DNA of 64,000 nucleotides from an uncultured Veillonellaceae bacterium (GTDB lineage Bacteria; Bacillota; Negativicutes; JARBTT01): NCBI GenBank assembly GCA_963805085.1, contig CAWDTA010000002.1, positions 1,440,001 to 1,504,000 of the forward strand, read 5' to 3'. Shown piece by piece: positions 59,501 to 64,000 of this stretch (position 1 is its first letter; each line of letters starts with the position of its first letter). The notes under the pieces were generated by a model. It saw only the letters and a program-made list of their open reading frames with translations, ran no database searches and was not told where the DNA came from. The position numbers and the translations under genes were made by a program.

Positions 59501-62419
59501 GCAAAAACTTCAACCCAATCCGTTTTTACGAAACAAAGCGAATTACCTAAAGAAGAAAATTTGAAGGAAAAGATGATTTTTTATTTAAAACAAGTCATTT
59601 CCAATACGCTTAAAATGGATCCGGAACGGATGGATATAAATGTAAGTCTGAGCAAATACGGTTTAGATTCTATTGTGGTTCTAGAAATTAACAACAGATT
59701 GGAAAAATATTTTGACGAGCTTTCGAAAACGCTATTTTTTGAATATAGCACGATTAACGAGCTAGCTAATTATTTTATAAAATCGCATAAGGAAGCTCTC
59801 GTAAAACTCTTTGAGCCTAAAGAAATAGATCAAACAGAAAACACATTGCAGCAAAAGAATCAACATTTGTCTAACATGCCGGATCAGTCATATGAAAAAA
59901 ACAGCCGAACAAAGTATTTTGCTATACAACAGGATAATAAAGACACTGAGTCAATGCCAGTTAATCAAAGAATACAAGCACAGTCGGCAGATAATATTCA
60001 GGAGAGTCTAGTTAATATAATGGAAAAAAACGATTTTAGCTTGGATAATATTGTTAATTTTTTATATGATAAAAATATTATTTCTATAAATAACGATACC
60101 AGAGGTATTATCGCGCCTGTGTTATCAGAACCTTTGTTGATTCATGAAGATGAGCTGAAAAATAAACCGGAGGTTGCAACTATTATTAAAGGTATTGATG
60201 ATGTAAATTCGCCAGTAGGATATGAACGATTGCTGTATCCGTATTTTTTCATAACTTCAGATAAAAACAAATATTTGCGACTCATTATGGATCAATCAAA
60301 TAAACTTATTTTCCCATATACAGTGTCAGATGAAGGTATTTATCAAGAACTTCTCCGTTATAGTCAAAAAATTGGTTATCAATTACTAATAGTTGACTTA
60401 TATAGCGATTGGATTGACTTAAAGCAAACGAGACTCATCCCGCTGGGGGTTTGGCAAAATATTGTTATTAATCAGTTCACACTAGCAGGTAATAAGATGA
60501 GGAAAGTGCGCTATTTAGTGGAGAAATTTAGAAAATCGGGGGAAGTTAGAATTGAAGAATATCATACCGAATTAAATTTACCGTTAGATGAAATGAAAGA
60601 TCTAATGATTAAATGGAGCGAGGATAAAAAAAATGTAATTCACCATTCATTTGTATGTATGGAAGAACTTTTGCGTAAAATGCTCCCTAGTGGACACCGG
60701 GCATTTTTAACCTATCACAATAATAAACTGTGTTCCCTTATAGTAATGGAAAAAATGCAGGATGGAATATTTCTAATGGACCAAGAATTTTATGATGCCA
60801 AAACGGCACCGTTAGGTCATATGGAATATGCAATTGTTAAGATCATTGAACAACTAAAAACAGAGGATGCTCAAATCTTCTCGCTTGGGTTAACCTGGTT
60901 TCCGTTTGCTTTTGAAGATTATCCCCATAAAGATAACGAAGGTTGGGCGTGGCTAAAAGAACAAAATGATAAGAAAACTCTTTTAGCTCAAATCTTTCAC
61001 CAAGGTGAAACAAATTATCAATTTAAAAAGAAGTTTGGTGTCGTAGGTGAACCTGTTTTTGCCTACTTACCTAAAAATTTACCATTTTCCTCATTGTTAA
61101 GCTATTGGACTGTTTTTTATCAAAACTCACTGACTTCTAGCCAACTCATAAAGAAAATAAATCTAATAAATTTATTGGATTTACATGAAAATAAAGAGAA
61201 CGAAAACAGACAAAAATACCACCAAAACAAAGAGGAAAGACGGGAATCTCTTGCTAAAACAGAAAAGTTAGAACAGCTTGATTATAATGACAGCCCGCTT
61301 GATTTACAAACGGATTCTTGGTACTTACTTCAAACTGATGCGGTAAAAAGACATGTTGCTTATTTAAAAACCCAGCCACACTCAATAAACGCAGAAGTAC
61401 TCCACACGATATTTCCATTTAAACATATCATTTTAACGGCACAAGGACGAAGTGCTGAATTGCTTTTTTACCAGGCTTACTCTAAGAAAAAGAAAAAAAT
61501 TGTTACTACCATTCCCTGGACTACGACCCTTATGCATCAACTACAAAATGGTTTTGATGTTGTTGAATTACCTCATTCGTCAGTTAAACAAGCACAATCA
61601 GCTCATTTATTTAAGGGAGAAATGGATTTAGAAGCATTAACGGAACAATTACAGCTAGACAGTAACAACATTGCTTTTGCTGGCTTAGAAGTATTAAGTA
61701 ATGCTAGCGGCGGTAACCCAGTTAGGCTTTCTCACATACAATTGCTCAAAACAATACTACAACAATACCAAGTACCTCTTGTGTTGGATGCTTCTAGAAT
61801 TGTACGCAATGCATTCTTAATAAAAGAATATGAAGAGGGCTTTAAACAAAATACTATTTGGGATATTGTCAAACTGACTTTCGAACAAGCCGATCATGTT
61901 GTAACTAGTTTGACTAAGGATTTTGCGGTTTCAGTAGGAGGATTAATTGCTACAAATGATGATCAATTAGCAACCGACATTCGAAATATTCAATCTAGTC
62001 AGGAGCAAGCAATAACTGTAGATATGAAAAATATGATTATACAAGCATTAGCAGAAAAAGAAACTATTATTGATCTTATAACCAGACAAATGGCATTTAC
62101 TAAACATTTGCAAGATATGCTTGTGAAAATTCGGGTGCCAATATTACAACCTGCCTATGGCCATGCTATTGTCATTGATGTATCCCAGCTCGCAAATGGA
62201 GAAACCAATGCGCAAAAGAAAGAACAGTTTCTCAGAAATTTATTTATTGAAACAGGTATTCGAGGTGGTATTCATCAGGTTGGTAAACAGAAAAATACAA
62301 TACTTGATCAGTGCATTCGTTTGGCAATTCCATTGGGTTTAACAGAGGAAGATGAACATATTATTTATGATAGGCTAAATAGTTTCTTTAAACAAAACAT
62401 GGAAGTACTTATTAACTAA
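47558..62419 (+). CDS. trans-AT type I PKS: DH-ACP-ACP-KR-KS-(ACP0)-DH-KR-ACP-KS-DH-KR-ACP-DUF2156-PLP lyase
   Basis: DHRIHG...LPG, LGLDST x2, DTMCS/HGTGT x2, DHVVQG..VLPG, DHIVKG..VLPG, GIDS/GLDS ACPs; C-terminal DLQTDS, QGRSAE, LDASR, SLTKDF tryptophanase-like motifs. Confidence 0.92.
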   Translation: MLEKGKTFSQKIRHSNYIVRDHRIHGVRTLPGVTLLDMIYRLSAGYIGTQAIELKQVLFKQPVVTSENFDRDVLVTFIPRNSHWEIKVVSQKIKNDVILDSAYDENMECLLFQRENTELDKNFDVKSFISNAKTQWDMDSIYRFGRQVNIQHFEFMKTLGTVYLNDDAEIMHLHLSELAEKYRESFYAHPAFLDGSTLAGLPFQLTGSDQEIFRGIPYIPFLIQRFCIYRPLPKSIYTYTKKPEFIIKNKENPPDIFTFDITIFNELGEILVKFEKMMVKRIREPHLIKKLIEADNNRLSQEKTEFVGESSLKKETTQAWIETQREQPTDTDAKHVIQSYLQKEIGQVLKKNPGDVDINSGFYELGLDSTNLLGLVKVLEEKLGEQLYPTLLFEYSTIQRLSDYLSEDYANAFSCLETSRNKAERKTRDQANSDSRQIIVSYLQQEIGRVLKKNSNEIDVNSGFYELGLDSTNLLSLVKQLEEKLGEPLYPTLLFEYSTIERLAEYLLSNYDKLFLDFHNKENNDKDNRSLQNSNNANMVFLEPGWYKQNIMNQQAVTQKHQHIVILFSDEENVKSAIQQSMCTADVIILTSREENIVCRFEDKFIQLLQLIQERLGQKTPVELLLQIVADSDSEGKYVYALAGMLKTAYLENPKIHSQIIAIDKLQSQSISAIVQILQKESLAFEQDVLEICYRGEGLHRYIRQLNEKEPSANTLISYKENGVYVITGGLGGLGILIADHIANQVKSKLVLIGRSQLDSTKEEKIRQLRQKGAEVLYLQADISKKTEIVNVFNVIKNKFGFITGIFHNAGVLKDQVIIKKNLLEIQDVFRPKVHGLWYLDEATQDEEMDFFIVFSSLSAITGNLGQADYATANAFMDVFATFRQDRVKEGKRFGKTISINWPLWSDGGMQVDDRFEEMMAGSFGMKPLPAQLGLKALDTLLSQNRTRNIVFYGDKSKMRSYLGSYIHATQEDAQISMKRSTYVDAVKKTDDQIFQSEYRSNDIAIIGLSGRYPMADSIREFYQNLREGRDCISNFPKNRWKNYQFGFDVEQFYKYGGFLDHIDEFDPLFFNIAPRQAEMMDPQARLFLETVWEACEDAGFYQDRTQNCYPSSSDKSVGVFAGVFWNHYELFGAEMTQRGIPTSLGISPASIPNMVSYCLNFHGPSMAVDTMCSSALTAIHLACESIRHHQCHYAIAGGVNLVTHPHKFIFLKQAHFLSSDGRCRSFGQGGDGYVPGEGVGAVLLTTLERAQQEGYPIYGIIKGSALNHVGKTSGVTVPDPIAQSEVIADALKIADVDPRSISYIEAHGTGTALGDPIEIQGLKRAFNQWTQDRQYCAIGSSKSNIGHLEAAAGIGGLTKLLLQLKHQEIFPSLHSEQLNPYISFDNTPFYIEHNLKKWNRPEVELDGVKLRYPRRAGLSSFGANGSNAHIIVEEYISQKTKKNSITINEINLALVPLSAKNRDCLKVYAQKLLDFLKDVPEIRGSSNEQLARIVEGEIIQILAKILSVKENDIDPVQDLSEFNADYIQMASFHQNLQERYGLDIDKNIIFQVQSIRSLTSQFIQQYQPELEQHFFRSKDTSDGTKIRHHIDIVDLAYTLQVGREAMDCRVVFNVKTINELIEKLELFIEGKVNIDNCFQGLEKRDRDLITTITYDEDMKEVLDKWIDKGKKNKLAELWVKGLKIDWDKLYGDIRPHRINLPTYPFAREHYWISAVEDKVKLSGNITTCETALIHPLLQQNTSDFSEQRFSSTFTGQEFFLMDHVVQGKRVLPGVAFLEMARAAVDQAVGSLSARPIGIHLKNVVWAQPVIVKEQAVQVNIGLYPEDTGEVAYEIYSESECGEDRVIYSQGRAMLSSVLKMPVLDLKSLQAKCSQHVFNSNQCYEGFRTMGVQYDPAYQGIEKVYVGQEQVLAKISLSVGDNNMKNRFVLHPILLDAAIQASLYLTVPIPFSSSTSLKQFLPVTLEELETISECPADMWALIRYSYGSIAGGKVQKIDIDLCDEQGNVCVRMKKCLLRVTEIDMISVGSMATHGTLLLYPCWQEQTVTEKFLATDYIQHLVMLLELGEVSQESMENHMSGVSCLALQSKQENIGERFQNYAVQVFEEIQRIIKEQPKGKVLIQIVIPAQAEQQLFSGIAGMLRTARFENPKLIGQLIEVEQGEDIEEIVEKLKESSRCLFDDHIRYEKDKRYVIDWREFENFQKAMPIPWKNQGVYLITGGAGGLGYIVAKEIANKVKDVTMIFTGRSLLNKDKQVRIKELEALGARIEYKKVDVTHKQAVVDLIQNIQENFGGLNGIIHSAGIIHDNFILKKTKEELQAVMAAKVTGLVNLDQASKDISLDFLVLFSSTSGVFGNPGQVDYSTANAFMDAYAKYRNSLVSSQKRYGKTLSISWPLWKEGGMRIDAEVEKMIRQSMGIVAMETVTGIQALYRGLASGRDHMMVLEGDIPKIREQLLKPKVYSYQVEPSVTQVDIGLLREKTLDQLKILLGEITKLSVSKIDIDEPLENYGIDSVMITQLNHKFAGVFGELSKTLLYEYQTLGSLAEYFIEEKSHECMLWTGLAKQVRLKTEASKKPEMSSVKSRIDSAFSVVLDSLKPQQKKARSCSYISLDNNPREPIAIIGMSGRYPQARNLKEYWDNLQLGKDCITEIPRERWTLEGFYHPDPKEAVAHNKSYSKWGGFVEKFSDFDPLFFNISPREAINIDPQERLFIESCWEVLEDGAYTKEQLRAKFNSQVGVFAGITKTGFDLYGPDLWRQGEKILPHTSFSSVANRVSYLLNLQGPSMTIDTMCSASLTAIHEACEHLYQRECEMAIAGGVNLYLHPANYSALCAQRMLSVDGKCKSFGYGANGFVPGEGVGCVLLKRLSQAVKDQDHIYAVIRGSSINHGGKTNGYTVPNPAAQRDLIRSTLNKAGVNARTISYVEAHGTGTELGDPIEITGLTQAFGTDTKDTQFCAIGSVKSNIGHLEAAAGVAGLTKIVLQMKHQKIVPSLHAKELNHNINFVKTPFVVQQELAEWKRPVVEIEGESKEYPRIASISAFGAGGSNAHAVIEEYIANNQASSQIAITIQNPAIIILSAKEEERLCEQVLQLLAIIEEQQFTDESLADMAYTLQVGREAMEERLGLIVGSIKELKEKLNNFVENQDGIRNLYRGQVKRNKETLSVFGADEDMAKMIDSWIAKRKYAKLLDLWVKGLNFDWDKLYSDVKPRRISLPTYPFAREKYWLPKINSQSADRVSASAAVFYIHPLVHQNTSDFSVQRFSSIFTGQEFFLADHIVKGQRVLPGVAYLEIARAAVEQASGAMNKGQAGVCLKNVVWARPIVVEQQPVQVNIRLFQKENGNIVYEIYSDCEMADAETETVIYSQGNAMLSTTSKVPTCDLQALQAECSQLSLSRDQCYEAFRAIGIEYGQGHQGISKLYVGSGQVLAKLSLPSSVFDTLGQFVLHPSLMDSALQASIGLNLNMDESMLVSNNSPKLFLPFALEQLEIFNKCTSDMWALIRYSNDSVAENKVKKLDIDLIDNTGIECVRMKGVSLRVLEGEVKSVESPANFDTLIFQPCWHEQDVDGKYKTYRFRQHLVILCELPETSRKRIECEIGGGIQCLILQSGKKNIAERFQDYAVEVLGQIQNIIKEKPEGKVLIQIGVPSQGEQQLLTGLSGLLKTAQLENPKLMGQMIEIEDIERIVENLKENSNTPLDKRIRYQDGKRLVGGWSELEAINAPMLIPWKDRGIYLITGGLGGLGYIFSKEIAGTVKESILILTGRSPLNEAKQVQLKELQTMGVRILYKQVDITQKNAVIDLIQGILNEFGSLNGIIHSAGVIHDNFILKKTKDELQMVLAPKVTGLVNLDQASKDISLDFFILFSSIAGALGNSGQADYSAANAFMDAYAGYRNCLVATNERYGHTLAIDWPLWKNGGMHVNEQTKKMMQNMGIFAIPTSVGIRTLYQCLAVNTDNVMMIGGNINLLEKKIYQIINPVMQKFAKTSTQSVFTKQSELPKEENLKEKMIFYLKQVISNTLKMDPERMDINVSLSKYGLDSIVVLEINNRLEKYFDELSKTLFFEYSTINELANYFIKSHKEALVKLFEPKEIDQTENTLQQKNQHLSNMPDQSYEKNSRTKYFAIQQDNKDTESMPVNQRIQAQSADNIQESLVNIMEKNDFSLDNIVNFLYDKNIISINNDTRGIIAPVLSEPLLIHEDELKNKPEVATIIKGIDDVNSPVGYERLLYPYFFITSDKNKYLRLIMDQSNKLIFPYTVSDEGIYQELLRYSQKIGYQLLIVDLYSDWIDLKQTRLIPLGVWQNIVINQFTLAGNKMRKVRYLVEKFRKSGEVRIEEYHTELNLPLDEMKDLMIKWSEDKKNVIHHSFVCMEELLRKMLPSGHRAFLTYHNNKLCSLIVMEKMQDGIFLMDQEFYDAKTAPLGHMEYAIVKIIEQLKTEDAQIFSLGLTWFPFAFEDYPHKDNEGWAWLKEQNDKKTLLAQIFHQGETNYQFKKKFGVVGEPVFAYLPKNLPFSSLLSYWTVFYQNSLTSSQLIKKINLINLLDLHENKENENRQKYHQNKEERRESLAKTEKLEQLDYNDSPLDLQTDSWYLLQTDAVKRHVAYLKTQPHSINAEVLHTIFPFKHIILTAQGRSAELLFYQAYSKKKKKIVTTIPWTTTLMHQLQNGFDVVELPHSSVKQAQSAHLFKGEMDLEALTEQLQLDSNNIAFAGLEVLSNASGGNPVRLSHIQLLKTILQQYQVPLVLDASRIVRNAFLIKEYEEGFKQNTIWDIVKLTFEQADHVVTSLTKDFAVSVGGLIATNDDQLATDIRNIQSSQEQAITVDMKNMIIQALAEKETIIDLITRQMAFTKHLQDMLVKIRVPILQPAYGHAIVIDVSQLANGETNAQKKEQFLRNLFIETGIRGGIHQVGKQKNTILDQCIRLAIPLGLTEEDEHIIYDRLNSFFKQNMEVLIN

Positions 62420-62717
62420 GCTTAAGAGTCTTTTGCAAAAAGGTAAGGGTAGCCATTTGGTTTGTCCATACCTTTTTGCACTTGCATTCTGCAAATAAAG
62501 ATCCGGTCCAATATGGAGAAATATTTCATTTGCTTCCTGCTTTTTCGTAAAATCTTGTACAGTACACCAAGTATATGGCTGTATTATTGTGCCTTTTGGT
62601 CAAAATAATTTGCAAATTAACAGTCGCGAAGTAAGGAAGTCAGAAAGTTTAATGTAAAAAATCAGTTCAGTTACTATCCTTTGGAAATGAACACAAATTA
62701 TTTAAGGGGGAATTTTA

Positions 62718-63860
62718 ATGGGACACATTGCTAACGCCAAAGAAGAGGTCTACATGGCACTGGCTGAACGCTTGAGTAAAAATCCAATGGTAACGTCCGT
62801 AACCGAAGAGATGATTGCAATACTCTACCGGATTTATACCGAAAACGAGGCTATGGTGGGCAGCCGATTTCCTATAGCACCAATGATGTTGGATAAGATT
62901 GCCGAAATAACCAATATGAAAGAAGACGAGCTAAAAAGAATATTGGATGGAATGGCCGATAAAGGATTAGTGCTAGACCTACCCCGCAGGGAAGGTACTT
63001 ACTATCTGCTGGCTCCATCAGTATTTGCTTTCTTCGGGTTTGCTTTCGCACGAGTTGGGGATGGGAGAAACGTGAAGAAAATAACAGAACTCTTCATAAA
63101 AAATATGCAAAATCCTGAAGTGATTAAAGATTTCATGATGGATACTAAGACATTTAAGACATTGGTGTACGAAAAGGTTATACCATATGCAGTGGAAACA
63201 GAGGTTATGCCTTATGAAAGAGCTTCTGACATTATTCGTCAGTCAGGGGGAGGGGCGATTAGCCTTTGTGCGTGTATGCATAGGGCTAGTCACTTGGGTA
63301 AGTCATGTAAAATAAATGCACCCATGGAGAAGTGTATGAGTTTAGGCGAATTTGGGCAATGGTGTGCGCGACGAGGGGGTGGTAAGCCGGCTACTGTGGC
63401 CGAAATGTTACGGTTGTTGGATCAAACTGAAAAATTGGGTTTAGTTCACCAAGTCGACAATGTACTTAATCAACCAGTGTTCATGTGTCACTGTTGTAGC
63501 TGCTGTTGTGAAGTTCTTGATGCATCCAGGCAATCTGGAGTATTAGGTACACACCCCAGCAATTTCATTCCGTCTATTGATCTGAATCGTTGCAAAGGAT
63601 GTGGTGAATGCACTAAAAAATGCCCTATGAATGCCATTAGTATGAGCAGCGTGGGCAACGGGAAAGAAGCACCGGAGCTTAATAAGCAAATGTGCATCGG
63701 TTGTGGTCTATGCGCCACTGCCTGCCCTAATAGTGCCCGGACCATGTTACGCCGATCAGTTTTACATATTTCTCCGGAAACAAAAACAGAACAATTACTT
63801 CGTATTGCTAGAGAAAAGGGTAAAGACATAAAATTGACCTCAGACGATTTTCTCTTTTAG
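62718..63860 (+). CDS. 4Fe-4S dicluster ferredoxin-domain protein with N-terminal HTH-like region
   Basis: CxxCxxCxxxCP twice, CHCCSCCC motif. Confidence 0.85.
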   Translation: MGHIANAKEEVYMALAERLSKNPMVTSVTEEMIAILYRIYTENEAMVGSRFPIAPMMLDKIAEITNMKEDELKRILDGMADKGLVLDLPRREGTYYLLAPSVFAFFGFAFARVGDGRNVKKITELFIKNMQNPEVIKDFMMDTKTFKTLVYEKVIPYAVETEVMPYERASDIIRQSGGGAISLCACMHRASHLGKSCKINAPMEKCMSLGEFGQWCARRGGGKPATVAEMLRLLDQTEKLGLVHQVDNVLNQPVFMCHCCSCCCEVLDASRQSGVLGTHPSNFIPSIDLNRCKGCGECTKKCPMNAISMSSVGNGKEAPELNKQMCIGCGLCATACPNSARTMLRRSVLHISPETKTEQLLRIAREKGKDIKLTSDDFLF

Positions 63861-64000
63861 TAATAAGTTAGAATCCTTAACCCACAGGTCTCTTCCTTAA
63901 AGAAAGTTGCACTGAAATCACAAGATGTCAAGTGGAAGTAACCACTATTATTGGGATTGACAAATTATTCAAGTAGGAATAGTATGAAACAGTAAATTAA

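Noticed and set aside
41703-62342. Many short antisense or alternate-frame ORFs within the PKS genes
   Set aside because: Shadow ORFs of long coding sequences with no motifs.

Overview
This is a low-GC, Firmicutes-like accessory region (possibly Negativicutes/Clostridia; inferred, not verified) in two parts. (1) From ~0.2 to 38.6 kb, about 26 same-orientation copies of a ~135-230 bp non-coding element separate blocks of 1-3 unrelated adaptive genes, many of them pseudogenes, in an integron-like cassette array. The core consensus is taaatagaatataaacactaaaaaggAAACTCCTGCtgaattctgtatgaatttgGCAGGAGTTTtgagcttttatgAGAATatgtaagtttaatatcaaaaagttgatggcaaggtgacggaaaaggaacgtcccc. The cargo includes padR/padC, coaA, a cat-like gene, GNATs, methyltransferases, peptidases, GH26, DJ-1, pssA and small type I toxin-like modules. 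The element has an internal hairpin, a sigmaH-like outward promoter, GGGACG/CGTCCC inverted ends and variable TGTCC tandem scars at its 3' end. No mobilising recombinase lies in the window. One copy is split by an IS110 whose non-coding end holds a readable bridge-RNA-like structure with guides matching the repeat and the IS junction. A group II intron 3' remnant abuts another copy. (2) From 39.4 to 62.4 kb is a compact trans-AT PKS cluster (hydrolase, methyltransferase, two PKSs) with a type B dehydrating bimodule and a C-terminal DUF2156 + PLP tryptophanase-like didomain (leinamycin DUF-SH-like). A 4Fe-4S protein gene follows.
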